This document shows, piece by piece, positions 24,322 to 34,233 of a DNA stretch of 64,000 nt (the first letter of the stretch is position 1; each line of letters begins with the position of its first letter). The translations under genes were made by a program, and so were the position numbers. The stretch comes from Candidatus Omnitrophota bacterium (lineage in GTDB: Bacteria; Omnitrophota; Gorgyraeia; Gygaellales; Profunditerraquicolaceae): assembly GCA_017992455.1 (NCBI GenBank), contig JAGOOP010000001.1, forward strand, positions 123,723 to 187,722. The letters are read 5' to 3'. Below the pieces are notes generated by a model. It saw only the letters and a program-made list of their open reading frames with translations, did not search any database and was not told the DNA's origin.

Positions 24322-24990
24322 TTATTCTTTTTTGAATTTGGTCAGCAGGGCGTTCTGGTTCAAATATGGCAGGATGGCGCGATAGACCCGCTGCGCGATA
24401 AGCCGGTAGCCGTGCTCATTGGGATGAAAATAATCGCTTTTCATGCTGGCTTTGTCGAAAATGCCGTTGAGCAGGTTCGGAATATAGATCGTCCCGTATT
24501 GCCGGCTGAGCGACTGGAAAATCGGGCCGTAGTCAGACATGAGATGCATATTGCTGACATCGACCAACGCCACGATCGCTCCCTGCTTCTGGCATTGCTG
24601 TATGATCGATTCGATATTGCGCCGCGTATCTTCGAGGGCTATTTTGGTAAGGAAATCGTTTGCTCCGAACTCGACAACTACCAGAAGCGGTTCCCGGTCA
24701 AGGACGTCGGGCCTGATCCGCTTCAAAGCTCCTTCGGAGGTATCTCCTTCAATGCCGGCATTCACGACCGGGATGGACGTCAGTTTGGAAAGATACGCCG
24801 GATAGGAAGATTTCGGGCCTGCGCCGAACCCCTGGGTCAGGGAATCGCCGAAACATACGATATATTTACCCGAAGAATCTATGTTCACGATATCGCTGCG
24901 CATGCACCCTGATATGCACAGGATACCGGCGATGCCCGGGACGATCAAACTCCTGGATAAGATACGGCCGTAATGAATAACCATTTCCAT
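24322..24990 (-). CDS. SGNH/GDSL hydrolase lipoprotein (TesA/arylesterase-like)
   Basis: Lipobox CISGC. The SGNH blocks are FGDSLTQG, VEFGANDF and DYFHPNEHGY. The start is uncertain (24990 or 25020). Confidence 0.8.
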   Translation of the reverse strand: MEMVIHYGRILSRSLIVPGIAGILCISGCMRSDIVNIDSSGKYIVCFGDSLTQGFGAGPKSSYPAYLSKLTSIPVVNAGIEGDTSEGALKRIRPDVLDREPLLVVVEFGANDFLTKIALEDTRRNIESIIQQCQKQGAIVALVDVSNMHLMSDYGPIFQSLSRQYGTIYIPNLLNGIFDKASMKSDYFHPNEHGYRLIAQRVYRAILPYLNQNALLTKFKKE

Positions 24991-24997
24991 AATTCTC

Positions 24998-26068
24998 TCA
25001 GGCGCAGACGCGCCGCTCATGCCGTGCGCGCAACTGGCCGCAGGCGGCTTCGATATCTTCTCCCCGCGGCTGCCTGACCGTCACGGGAACGCCGCTTTTG
25101 GCCACCTCTTGCCTGAACGCCGCCGTCTCGCTCCTGCCCGGAGCCGCAAGGCCCGGATCAGCCTGGGCGTTAAGCGGGATCAGGTTGACCTTGCAATCGA
25201 ACCCACGCAATATTGTACCTAATTTTCTCGCGTCTGCCAATGAAGAATTGATCCCGCGGATGAGCACGTATTCGAACGTCACCTGTCTGCCTGTCTTCTG
25301 CCGGTATGCGCGGCAGGCAGCGATCAGGTCTTTCAAAGGATACCGTTTGTTGACCGGCATGAGCGCGGACCTGGTTCTCTCATCGGCCGCGTGCAGGGAA
25401 ACGGACAATTCGATCTGCAGCCCTTCGCCGGCAAGCCGCCGTATCTGCGGGATCAGCCCGTTGGTGGATATGGTGATCCTTCGCGCTCCGATGTTCAATC
25501 CGTGTTTCGCGTTCAACATGCGGACCGCGCGCAGGACATTATCATAATTATCGAGCGGCTCGCCGCTGCCCATAAAAACCACATGGGTCAACGATTGCGC
25601 CGCCGAGCGATGCCTTAAATACAGGGCCTCTTCGATCATCTCGCCCGCGGAAAGATCCCTCTGAAAACCGAATGCGCCGCTCACGCAGAAGCGGCATGCG
25701 AATTTGCATCCGACCTGGCTGGAGATGCAGCCGGTGACCCTGCCTGAAGCGGGGATGCTCACCGCTTCGATCATACCGCCGTCAACAAGCTTAAAAAGGA
25801 ATTTTTCCGTCCCGTCCACGGACCTGCGCGTTTCCTCGATCCGCATGGTCCCCGCAGAACATTCTTCGATCAGCCGCCGGCGCAGGCCGCGCGGCAGATC
25901 GGACATGGCATCGAAATCAAAAATGCCGCGCTCGTATATCCAGGTGAATATCTGTTTTGCGTGAAAGCGCGGCAATCCCCACGAAACGATCACTGATGCA
26001 AGCTGTTCCGCATCAAGGTCCATGATATCGCGTGTCATCGCGATTTCCGCAATTTTCTGCTCAGGCAT
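24998..26068 (-). CDS. rlmN: 23S rRNA/tRNA adenine-C2 methyltransferase RlmN (radical SAM)
   Basis: CKFACRFCVSG radical SAM cluster motif, then VFMGSGEPLDNYDNV and LSVSLHA. It looks RlmN-like along its full length. Confidence 0.9.
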   Translation of the reverse strand: MPEQKIAEIAMTRDIMDLDAEQLASVIVSWGLPRFHAKQIFTWIYERGIFDFDAMSDLPRGLRRRLIEECSAGTMRIEETRRSVDGTEKFLFKLVDGGMIEAVSIPASGRVTGCISSQVGCKFACRFCVSGAFGFQRDLSAGEMIEEALYLRHRSAAQSLTHVVFMGSGEPLDNYDNVLRAVRMLNAKHGLNIGARRITISTNGLIPQIRRLAGEGLQIELSVSLHAADERTRSALMPVNKRYPLKDLIAACRAYRQKTGRQVTFEYVLIRGINSSLADARKLGTILRGFDCKVNLIPLNAQADPGLAAPGRSETAAFRQEVAKSGVPVTVRQPRGEDIEAACGQLRARHERRVCA

Positions 26069-26661
26069 GTATCAAGCTCGTCAAGGATACGCTTCTTGAA
26101 CAGGCGGCTGACCGCGGCGATCTCGACCGCGGACTCAAGCGCCTCGATGCGGTAAAAGCCTTCGGCAAAATCGCCGCCGATAGCTACGACGCCGTGATTC
26201 TTGAGCGCGACGAGCGGATTTTTGCGCAATGCCGCGATCACGGGCTCCGGTTCCGCAACCGTCACCGTAAACTGTTTGACCACGGGCACGTCGCCGATCG
26301 TATGGCGTGTTTCGAAGATCAAATCTGCCAGGCGCGGATACACAACAAAATACGCATTGGTCAAAGGCGGATGGCAATGGATGACGCGTTGACACGGAAA
26401 ATTCCGGTAGATCATGCTGTGAAGCGGATATTCAGAGGATGGACGAACGCCTGACAGGCGGGGGCCGCGGCGAATATCAACCCGGACGATATCGCGCTTT
26501 TTGAGCGCGCCGAGGCATGTGCCGGTGGCAGTGATCAACATGGTATCGCGGTCCAGGCGACAGCTCAGATTGCCGGACTTTGCCGCGACAAGCGACCGGT
26601 CGTATAATTTTCTGCCGATACCGATGATCTCTTCCCGCAGCTTTTGCTCAACCGCATTCAT
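26035..26661 (-). CDS. Class II aldolase/adducin family protein
   Basis: SGNLSCRL...LITATG...PSSEYPLHSMIY...VIHCHPP pattern. Confidence 0.8.
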   Translation of the reverse strand: MNAVEQKLREEIIGIGRKLYDRSLVAAKSGNLSCRLDRDTMLITATGTCLGALKKRDIVRVDIRRGPRLSGVRPSSEYPLHSMIYRNFPCQRVIHCHPPLTNAYFVVYPRLADLIFETRHTIGDVPVVKQFTVTVAEPEPVIAALRKNPLVALKNHGVVAIGGDFAEGFYRIEALESAVEIAAVSRLFKKRILDELDTCLSRKLRKSR

Positions 26662-27092
26662 TTCCCGCCTCTTTCGCGTCTGGGCCGCAGCCGCTTTTTT
26701 TCGCCGGCCTTGATCGTATGCCAGTTCGCAATGATCTCTTTGGTCGACCCGACTTTTTGCTTCCCGAATACGTGCGGATGGCGCCTTTTAAGCTTCTTGA
26801 TCAGGCCGTCGATCACGCCTTCAATATCGAATTTCCCGGATTTGGACGCGATCTGCGCCTGGAACATGACATGGAGCAGGATATCGCCGACTTCTTCCTT
26901 CATATGAGGATAATCCCTGTTCCGGACAGCTTCGACGAACTCGTCAACCTCTTCCTGCAGATCCTTTAACAGCGACGCGTGCGTCTGCTCCTTGTCCCAC
27001 ATGCATCCGCGCGGACCATGAAGTGTATCGTATATCTTTTTCAATTCCGTGAACCTGGTCTTATCCCTGTTCCGCTTCTTCATTGAGTTCAT
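26658..27092 (-). CDS. mazG: MazG-family nucleoside triphosphate pyrophosphohydrolase
   Basis: GCMWDKEQTHASLLKDLQEEVDEFVEAV...EEVGDILLHVMFQAQIA...KRRHPHVFG. Confidence 0.85.
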   Translation of the reverse strand: MNSMKKRNRDKTRFTELKKIYDTLHGPRGCMWDKEQTHASLLKDLQEEVDEFVEAVRNRDYPHMKEEVGDILLHVMFQAQIASKSGKFDIEGVIDGLIKKLKRRHPHVFGKQKVGSTKEIIANWHTIKAGEKKRLRPRRERGGK

Positions 27093-27921
27093 ATCCTTTC
27101 GCCAGGAGATATCCTTTGGCCCGTTCCGTATGCCGGTACCGGTTTACGATATCCCAGAAATCGGTTCCGTGGCCGCGGCATACAAGATGCGCCAGCTCGT
27201 GCACGAGCACATAATCCCGCACCCATGCGGGCATGAACGCGACGTGATGCGCAATGCGGATCTTCCGGCGCTCGTAATCGCAGCAGCCGAATTGAGCGTT
27301 CTGGCCCGTTACATATTCTATAGACTCAAAGCGCAGTTTGCCAGAGAAATATTGTTTGTTCAGTTCGAAAGCGCGCCTGGCGAGGGCCCGGTCGCTATTG
27401 AGATCTTTTTTCAAAAGCTTCTTTTCGATCCGACCCCTGAGATCATTGATGACAGCCTGAAGATCCCCGTCAGCGATGCGGGCGGGAACCCGCACATACA
27501 ACGTATCCTTGACCATGCGGGCGCTTGCGCTGCGCGAACGCCTTCGGGTGCGGACCACTTTTATCTCTTTGATGCGGCTCTGCCGCAGGGAGGGATAATG
27601 GAAAGCCAGCCATACGGTATTCTCATGCGGTATTGTCCATTCGACCCGGTGGCTGCATCCTGCAGGGATCGTCATATGATCGCCGGGGATAAGGGTCATT
27701 TCCGCCGGGCCGTCGAAGAACTTCAATCGCGCCGAGCCGGATAGTAACACGACCCATTCGTCCGTATCCTGTGAAAGCCACTGCCCCGGCGGCGTTGACT
27801 GGCCGCGCGACACAATGCGCTCGAGCCTGACGCCGGGACCGGCAATGACCGTCTCGGAAAACTCATCGGAATGGCAGCGAGCGGGATCCGTGAATATATT
27901 GTGCTTTTCAGGGATTGCCAT
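27061..27921 (-). CDS. Fusion of a cupin domain and a YgjP/DUF45-type HExxH metal-dependent hydrolase
   Basis: The N-terminal ~110 aa form a cupin (WVVLLSGSARLKF...GDHMTIPAGCSHRVEW). The C-terminus has VLVHELAHLVCRGHGTDFW. Confidence 0.65.
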   Translation of the reverse strand: MAIPEKHNIFTDPARCHSDEFSETVIAGPGVRLERIVSRGQSTPPGQWLSQDTDEWVVLLSGSARLKFFDGPAEMTLIPGDHMTIPAGCSHRVEWTIPHENTVWLAFHYPSLRQSRIKEIKVVRTRRRSRSASARMVKDTLYVRVPARIADGDLQAVINDLRGRIEKKLLKKDLNSDRALARRAFELNKQYFSGKLRFESIEYVTGQNAQFGCCDYERRKIRIAHHVAFMPAWVRDYVLVHELAHLVCRGHGTDFWDIVNRYRHTERAKGYLLAKGYELNEEAEQG

Positions 27922-27989
27922 TGACGATTATTATACTACGGGTACATGCCCGGGAGCACATATATTGAACCGCAGGGCCGCGCAAAAAT

Positions 27990-28011
27990 AAATAATTCTG
28001 ACCCCGTTTTT
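27990..28011. repeat. REP-like element, partial single copy
   Basis: AAATAATTCTGACCCCGTTTTT overlaps the stop codon of gene 28011..28316. The terminal TAGCC is replaced. Confidence 0.7.
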
Positions 28012-28316
28012 TATTCGGTGACCGCATCGACGGCAAGGACGAATGCCTTGACGCCTTCTTTGCCGAGAGTCTGGCGCAGTTTCTGCGCTGCGGCAAGCAG
28101 CTGCAGGGCCTCGCTGTCAGTACAGCCGGCCAGGAGAAGGTTATTGCGGCCGGGCCAGATATCATTGCCCATGTGCGTGCCCGATGATTTTCCCTTGCCG
28201 AACACGCCGGGGATCTTGGTATAATTGTTCAACACGCAGGATTGCTCGAGGATATCCATAACCTCAGCGTCAACGGCCTCGTTGTACGATATCATGACCA
28301 TCTTGGTTATCTTCAT
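28011..28316 (-). CDS. Small PII-like (ferredoxin-fold) protein, last gene of the efflux operon
   Basis: 101 aa with a beta-alpha-beta-beta-alpha-beta pattern and a Gly-rich loop (GVFGKGKSSGTHMG). The fold is assigned by eye only. Confidence 0.4.
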   Translation of the reverse strand: MKITKMVMISYNEAVDAEVMDILEQSCVLNNYTKIPGVFGKGKSSGTHMGNDIWPGRNNLLLAGCTDSEALQLLAAAQKLRQTLGKEGVKAFVLAVDAVTE

Positions 28317-31300
28317 TTCTCCTCCAGCGGCTTATCGCATTTGCGCACCTTGACCATACCGGCTGCCTTGCGGTGGAACACCGAATAGAGCGTCGGCACG
28401 AACAAAAGCGTGATGAACGTGGATACGGTCAGGCCCCCGACCATGCTGATGCCGATCGGCTGCCAGGTCTCGGACCCTTCGCCTTGCGAAAAGGCCAGCG
28501 GCAGTAACCCGACGAGCGTCGTGATCGTCGTCATCAAAACAGGCCGTAAACGGTCCTTGCCTCCCTGCGTCACCGCTTCAAAAAGCGTGAATCCGCGCGC
28601 GCGCAGGATATTGATATAGCTGATAAGCACGATCGCGTTATTGACGACAATGCCCATGAGCATGACCATGCCCAAAAACGACAGCACGTTCAATGTCATG
28701 CCGAAGACAACGAACGCCCAGATCACGCCGGTGAACGTGAAGGGAATGGAGAACATGATGATGAACGGGTCAAGCAGGGATTCGAATTGGGCCGCGATGA
28801 CCATATACACGAGGATAATGCCCAGCGATAACAGAATGACCAGATCTGCGAACGCCTTTTTCTGTTCTTCCGCCTCGCCGCCGAAATTGATGATGATGTC
28901 CGACGGCACGGCAAGCGACGCCATCTCTTTGCGGATATCCTCGACGATCTTGCCGCTCGAGCGGTTGAGCGTATTGGCCTCGACCCTGACAATGCGCTCG
29001 CGGTTCTTGCGCTCGATGGACAAAGGCCCGGCCGTTTCATAGATCTTCGCAAAGCTGGACAGCTTGACCTGTTTGCCCGTTACCGGAGACGTCAGCATGA
29101 GGTTCTCGACGTCCTCAAGCCGCGTGCGGGCAAAATCTTCAAGCCGCACGTAGATATCATAGGTCCTGCCTTTTTCCCTGTATTTGCTCGCGCTCGATCC
29201 TTCGATAAAGGTCTTGATGTTCCGGGCGATCATGTTCATGTTCAGCCCGAGGCTTGCCGCCCGCTCGCGGTCGACCGCGATCCGGATCTCGGGCCGGTGC
29301 GCGTCGCGCGAGACCGCGACATCCACAGCGCCGGGAACATTTTCAACGATCTGCCTGATCTTCTCAGCGAGACGGTTCGTTTCGTCGAACGAATTGCCGA
29401 TGATCTCGATCTGGATTGATTTGCCGCCGCCGCCCAGGATCATCCTGTTCAACATACTGCCGGTGCCCACATCGACTTTTTCAACGCCGGGTATTCTGCG
29501 GATGCGCTCGCGGATCTCATTGGCTACCCGCTTGTCGGATTTACCGCGTTCGGTCTTGGGCACCATGCGCAGGCCCGCATAGACGATATGCGACCCTGAT
29601 GCCTGGCCTGTTGCGCGGCCGATACCGTGGACCTGGCCGCTGCGGACATAACTGAATTTCCGCTCCGGGATCGTATCAAAAATATCCTCGAGTTTCATGG
29701 CAACCTTGTCCGACTCTTCCATGCGCGTGCCGATAGGAAGCCTCACTGTTGCCTGGATATCGCCGGTATCCTCCTGCGGGATGAATTCATTGCCCACAAA
29801 ACGCGTGAGCACGAGCGTGGCGAAGAAGACCGCGGTAAATCCGATGAGCACGAATTTTTTATGGCGCAGGCACCAGCCGAGCATGAACGAATATCTTCGC
29901 TCGATCCTGACAATAATGCGCTCGATCACATTATAGATGCCGGAAAACACGCCGTGTTTACGCTTGAGCGCATCGGAAGAAAACGCCGGTTTCAGCCACT
30001 GCGAACACAGCATGGGGCTGAACGTCGACGCGGTAAACAGGGACGCAACCAGCGTCGCCGTAATGATCGCTGCCAGTTCGGCGAACATGACGCCGACCAC
30101 TCCTGAAATAAAGAACATGGGCAAGAAAACCACTACGGTCGTCAATGTCGACGCGGCGATGGACAGAAAGACTTCAGATGTGCCGAATATGGCCGCTTCG
30201 CTGCTGCGCTGGCCGTATTCGAGCTTGCGGAATACATTATCCACGACGACAACGGCGTTGTCAACGACCATACCCGAGGCGATGGCCAATGAAGAGAGGC
30301 TGATGACATTGATCGTCTTGCCGCTTAAAAAAAGATACAGGAACGTGATGAGCAAAGAGAACGGTATGCTCAGGGCGATGATGACGCTCGGCAGGAACTG
30401 CCTGAGGAAAAACCATACCACGAAAATGACCAGGATTATGGCCAGCCACAGGGAATTGCTCAGTGTTCTCAGGGACAGGATGATGTCTTCCGAGGTGTCA
30501 AAGACAAGGTTCGCCTCCACGTCGGACGGCAGCGTTTTCATCAATTCGCCGAACTTTTTCTGGACCCGCTCGGCCACCTCGACCGTGTTGGTCCCGGTCT
30601 GCTTCTGCACCATCATGGTAAGCCCGCGTTTGCGGTCGATGCGCACGAGCGTCGAGATCTCCTTGAATGCGTCCTCGATGCGGGCGACGTCGCGCAGGTA
30701 TACCACCTTGCCGGCCCGCGTGCCGAGAATGACATCCTTGATCTCGTCGGGCGCGGCAAACTCGCCCGGAAGCCGCAGGAGATAATCGGTCAGGCCGGTC
30801 TTGAGGTTCCCGACCGGCAGGGTCACGTTTTCCCGCTCGAGCGCGGTCAATATGTCCGACGGCGAGAACCCGTACCCTTCGAGCTTCTGCGGATCAAGCC
30901 AGATATTGATCTGCCGCTCGAGGCCGCCGTGCAGCTGCACCGTGCCGACGCCGGCGATCTGTTTTAAAGGATCGCAGACGCGCCGGTCGATGATATCGTA
31001 TAATTCCGCGTAACTGCGGTCCGCCTTAAAGCCGTATACCGCAATAGGCATGTTCGCGGTATTGAATTTCCACAGGAACGGGGTCGAGATCTCGTCGGGG
31101 ATGTCCGGCAAAGACGGTTTTGCCTGGTCTATGCGGTCGCGCACGTCGTTGGACGCCTCATCCACGTTGGTGCCCCATTTGAACAGAAGCGTCACCGTAG
31201 AAATGCCCTCGGAAGAAGTGGACGTGATCTTGTCAAGGCCCGGAGTGATCGCGAGCTGGTTCTCAAGCGGCTCGGTGACTTTGGTCTCGACGTCTTCGGG

Positions 31301-31465
31301 GCTCGCGCCCGGATACGCAGTGATGACCGATATTGCCGGGGTTTCGATCGTGGGCATCATGTCAACGCCGAGCCTCGACATGGCATACAGAGACACCAGG
31401 ATCAAAGCCAGAAAGATCATCAGGTTCGTGACCGGCCGCTTGACGCCGAATTCCGGAAGGCTCAT
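28313..31465 (-). CDS. RND efflux transporter permease (AcrB/HAE1-type)
   Basis: 1,050 aa with 12 TM segments and two large periplasmic loops. The N-terminus FGVKRPVTNLMIFLALILVSLYAMSRLGVDMMP and the VVDNAVVVVDN / IVVNNAILI motifs are typical. Confidence 0.95.
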   Translation of the reverse strand: MSLPEFGVKRPVTNLMIFLALILVSLYAMSRLGVDMMPTIETPAISVITAYPGASPEDVETKVTEPLENQLAITPGLDKITSTSSEGISTVTLLFKWGTNVDEASNDVRDRIDQAKPSLPDIPDEISTPFLWKFNTANMPIAVYGFKADRSYAELYDIIDRRVCDPLKQIAGVGTVQLHGGLERQINIWLDPQKLEGYGFSPSDILTALERENVTLPVGNLKTGLTDYLLRLPGEFAAPDEIKDVILGTRAGKVVYLRDVARIEDAFKEISTLVRIDRKRGLTMMVQKQTGTNTVEVAERVQKKFGELMKTLPSDVEANLVFDTSEDIILSLRTLSNSLWLAIILVIFVVWFFLRQFLPSVIIALSIPFSLLITFLYLFLSGKTINVISLSSLAIASGMVVDNAVVVVDNVFRKLEYGQRSSEAAIFGTSEVFLSIAASTLTTVVVFLPMFFISGVVGVMFAELAAIITATLVASLFTASTFSPMLCSQWLKPAFSSDALKRKHGVFSGIYNVIERIIVRIERRYSFMLGWCLRHKKFVLIGFTAVFFATLVLTRFVGNEFIPQEDTGDIQATVRLPIGTRMEESDKVAMKLEDIFDTIPERKFSYVRSGQVHGIGRATGQASGSHIVYAGLRMVPKTERGKSDKRVANEIRERIRRIPGVEKVDVGTGSMLNRMILGGGGKSIQIEIIGNSFDETNRLAEKIRQIVENVPGAVDVAVSRDAHRPEIRIAVDRERAASLGLNMNMIARNIKTFIEGSSASKYREKGRTYDIYVRLEDFARTRLEDVENLMLTSPVTGKQVKLSSFAKIYETAGPLSIERKNRERIVRVEANTLNRSSGKIVEDIRKEMASLAVPSDIIINFGGEAEEQKKAFADLVILLSLGIILVYMVIAAQFESLLDPFIIMFSIPFTFTGVIWAFVVFGMTLNVLSFLGMVMLMGIVVNNAIVLISYINILRARGFTLFEAVTQGGKDRLRPVLMTTITTLVGLLPLAFSQGEGSETWQPIGISMVGGLTVSTFITLLFVPTLYSVFHRKAAGMVKVRKCDKPLEEK

Positions 31466-32385
31466 CGCGTATCCTCGATATTATTCAAACCGTTCTCCTC
31501 GACCATGACGTCAACGCCTTCGCGCAGCCGCATCTGCCCCATGATCACAACCTTATCGCCGGCGGACACCCCTTCCAGGACCTGCACATAAGGACCCTGG
31601 CGCACGCCTGTTCTGACATCGCGCAGATGCGCTTTCCCTGCCGTGACCACATACACGTATTGCTGCGGCGCCTTGCCGAGCACCGCCTCTTTCAAAAGCA
31701 CAAGCGCGTCTTTATATTCGCGGATCACCACCTTGACCTTCGCATACATCCCGGAGCGCAATCGATGCCCTTTATTATCGATACCGATCTCGATCTGGCA
31801 GGTCCGCGTTGCCGTATCCACGATCGGGCTCATGCGCGCGATCGTTCCTTTGAATATCTCATCCGGATATGCCTCGACCGTCACTTCGGCGCTCATGCCG
31901 ACCGATAAAGCCGGCAGGTATTTCTCAGGGACATCGAGAAACACCTTCACCTTGTCCATATTCACGACAAGCCCTATCGGCGCCTGCGGGGATACGTTTG
32001 CGCCTATATCGACGTTTATGCGCGCCACGATCCCGGCGATCGGGCTTTCCACCGGGGACTTCTCGAACGTCAGGCCGACCTCATCCCGGTCGATCCAGGC
32101 AATGGTCTCGCCTTTTGCCACGCTGTCCCCTTCCTGCTTGACCTTCTCGATGATCTTGCCGGTCACGCGGGGGAATACCTGCGTTTCTTCCCGGGCTTTC
32201 ACATTGGCGACATAATCGATATATTCCTGCAGCACATCCGCCTTGACGGTCGCGACCTTGACCGGGATCGCGTCGCTGCCCGACGCCTTCCGGACGGCCG
32301 TTTCTTTCTTCTGACAGCCGCACAGTAGCAATATGCCTGCCAGCGCAATGACAAATCCCGATCTATACGCACGCATCCTTTTCAT
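31462..32385 (-). CDS. RND efflux periplasmic adaptor (MFP) lipoprotein
   Basis: Lipobox LLCGC, biotinyl-lipoyl-like and beta-barrel segments, and coupling to both the RND and TolC genes. Confidence 0.9.
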   Translation of the reverse strand: MKRMRAYRSGFVIALAGILLLCGCQKKETAVRKASGSDAIPVKVATVKADVLQEYIDYVANVKAREETQVFPRVTGKIIEKVKQEGDSVAKGETIAWIDRDEVGLTFEKSPVESPIAGIVARINVDIGANVSPQAPIGLVVNMDKVKVFLDVPEKYLPALSVGMSAEVTVEAYPDEIFKGTIARMSPIVDTATRTCQIEIGIDNKGHRLRSGMYAKVKVVIREYKDALVLLKEAVLGKAPQQYVYVVTAGKAHLRDVRTGVRQGPYVQVLEGVSAGDKVVIMGQMRLREGVDVMVEENGLNNIEDTR

Positions 32386-33647
32386 TATATTCCTCCTGTT
32401 GCATTGTCGAAACGGGCCTGGGAAATCTTATAATCGTAGATCGCCTGGCTCTGGTTAAAAAGCGCGATCGAATAGCTTAACAAGGCATCGTGCAGGTCCA
32501 ATGAGCTTGCGATGCCGCTGTCGAATTGCTTTTGGGCGACCTCGGCGGCATCCTTATATACTGCCGTTTCATCTGCGGCCGATTTCATTTTCTCTATAGA
32601 ATCCTTCAGATCCAGATACGCTGTCTTGACGTCAAGCGCGATATCTTTGCCGGTCTTCTCCCGCATGATCTCGGCCTCTTTCAGGTCAATGACCGCTTTT
32701 TCGACCTTTGCCTTGGTAAGCCATCCGTCAAAAACCGGCCATGATACGGTGATGCCGATCACATTGTAATCATTCGGGTTCTTTGTCGTGCCGCTCAAGA
32801 CCGTGGACCGCGCATAATAATCCCATGATGCGTATACCGTCGGGCGATTGCCCGCTTTGGCGACTTCCATATTCTTGAGCGCTGCGTTCCGCTGCGCCTC
32901 GACCTGTCTGATCTCAGGCCGCGACTCCATGGCCTTCAGGAAGGCCTTGTCATACGCCAGCTGCTGCGGCTCATAACTGAATTTTGCAGCAGGCGTTATT
33001 TTTATCTCCCGATCGAGATACAGAAGATTCCGCAGCATGGCCGCAGCCGCTTCGGCCTGCGACTGAGCTGCCGTATGCGCCTGAGTAACGCCGCTCAGCG
33101 AAGACTCGATCCTGAGCATATCGGATTCAGACGCCTGGCCTGCCCTGAACCGCGCCCTGGCCGCAGCCGCATGTTCTTTTGTATTATCAAGAATGGCCCG
33201 GTTGACCCCGACGAGCTCGCTGCCGAGTAAAAGCGCATAAAACGATTGTTTGACTTTCAGGATTGTATCCTGTTTTGTCTTGTCGAGTGCAGCTTCGGAT
33301 GCCGTATATGCGTATTCACCTGCCTTAACGGCGTTGATGATCCTGCCGCCCGCATACAGGGTCTGTTTGACCTGGGCCTGGCCCGCATAGGCGGACACAT
33401 CCTTGGAATAAAGCCCCCGCGTATCGGACCAGCCGCCGGAAACGGTCAGACCCGGGAACAGGCTCGCATGCGCTTCGGATATCGCGGCCTTTGCTTTTTT
33501 CAGGTCCCCTGCCTTAAGCATAAGATCGCGGTTATCCCGGAGCGCGATCGATACCGCCTCGTCAAGCGTCAATGATATCTCCTCTGCCCCGCACGCAAGC
33601 GGCGCAGCGAAGATCAAAATCGTTATGAATATGATCCGCGCCCTCAT
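32385..33647 (-). CDS. TolC-family outer membrane efflux protein
   Basis: A signal peptide followed by two OEP repeats (LTLDEAVSIALRDNRDL...). Confidence 0.9.
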   Translation of the reverse strand: MRARIIFITILIFAAPLACGAEEISLTLDEAVSIALRDNRDLMLKAGDLKKAKAAISEAHASLFPGLTVSGGWSDTRGLYSKDVSAYAGQAQVKQTLYAGGRIINAVKAGEYAYTASEAALDKTKQDTILKVKQSFYALLLGSELVGVNRAILDNTKEHAAAARARFRAGQASESDMLRIESSLSGVTQAHTAAQSQAEAAAAMLRNLLYLDREIKITPAAKFSYEPQQLAYDKAFLKAMESRPEIRQVEAQRNAALKNMEVAKAGNRPTVYASWDYYARSTVLSGTTKNPNDYNVIGITVSWPVFDGWLTKAKVEKAVIDLKEAEIMREKTGKDIALDVKTAYLDLKDSIEKMKSAADETAVYKDAAEVAQKQFDSGIASSLDLHDALLSYSIALFNQSQAIYDYKISQARFDNATGGI

Positions 33648-34102
33648 TGGCCCGCCTCTGATTCCTGCGCAAGAATGCCCTGGATGCGCGTCAATACCCT
33701 TAAATAATCGGTCCGGTCCTTATCGGACAGCCTGCTGAATATCTCTTTGATCCGGGCAACCTTATGAACGATCAGATTCTTGACCAGGTCTTTTCCCTTT
33801 TCCGTCAGCCGCACCCTGATGATCCTGCGGTCTGACGGATCATACACACGGGATACATAGCCGCCCCTGACAAGCCGGTCCACGATGCCCGTTGCGGCAG
33901 CGGTCGTGACGCTCAGATACCGGGCCACATCGGTCATGCGCAGTTCTCCCATTTTATTAAGGTATATGAGGATGAATATCTGCGGGGGCGTTATCGTCCC
34001 GTTCGTCAGCTCGTTGATCTCGCGCTTCCAGAGGCCGCGGACGACCTCAGGCATGATCTCGATCAAACTGCGCGAATATTCGGTCAGGGATGGATTATCC
34101 AT
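33644..34102 (-). CDS. MarR family transcriptional regulator
   Basis: Winged helix: LTNGTITPPQIFILIYLNKMGELRMTDVARYLSVTTAAATGIVDRLVRGGYVSRVYDPSDRRIIRVRLTEKG. Confidence 0.9.
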   Translation of the reverse strand: MDNPSLTEYSRSLIEIMPEVVRGLWKREINELTNGTITPPQIFILIYLNKMGELRMTDVARYLSVTTAAATGIVDRLVRGGYVSRVYDPSDRRIIRVRLTEKGKDLVKNLIVHKVARIKEIFSRLSDKDRTDYLRVLTRIQGILAQESEAGQ

Positions 34103-34119
34103 CTTGCGCGCTCTTTATT

Positions 34120-34134
34120 GTTAACTAAGTTAAC
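34120..34134. promoter_or_regulatory. Candidate MarR operator (GTTAAC-TAA-GTTAAC)
   Basis: A near-perfect 15-bp palindrome 18 nt upstream of the marR start and just downstream of the predicted -10. Confidence 0.45.
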
Positions 34135-34150
34135 TACTTTTACTATTAAA

Positions 34151-34179
34151 TATATAGCACATTAATAACATTTTGTCAA
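34151..34179 (-). promoter_or_regulatory. Sigma70-like promoter of the marR-tolC-mfp-rnd operon
   Basis: The minus strand reads TTGACA (34179-34174)-N17-TATATA (34156-34151). Confidence 0.55.
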
Positions 34180-34233
34180 CGTTTATCGCGCACGGACAAG
34201 GGAGGGGGAGGGAGCGAGGGCAAGAGCAATTGA

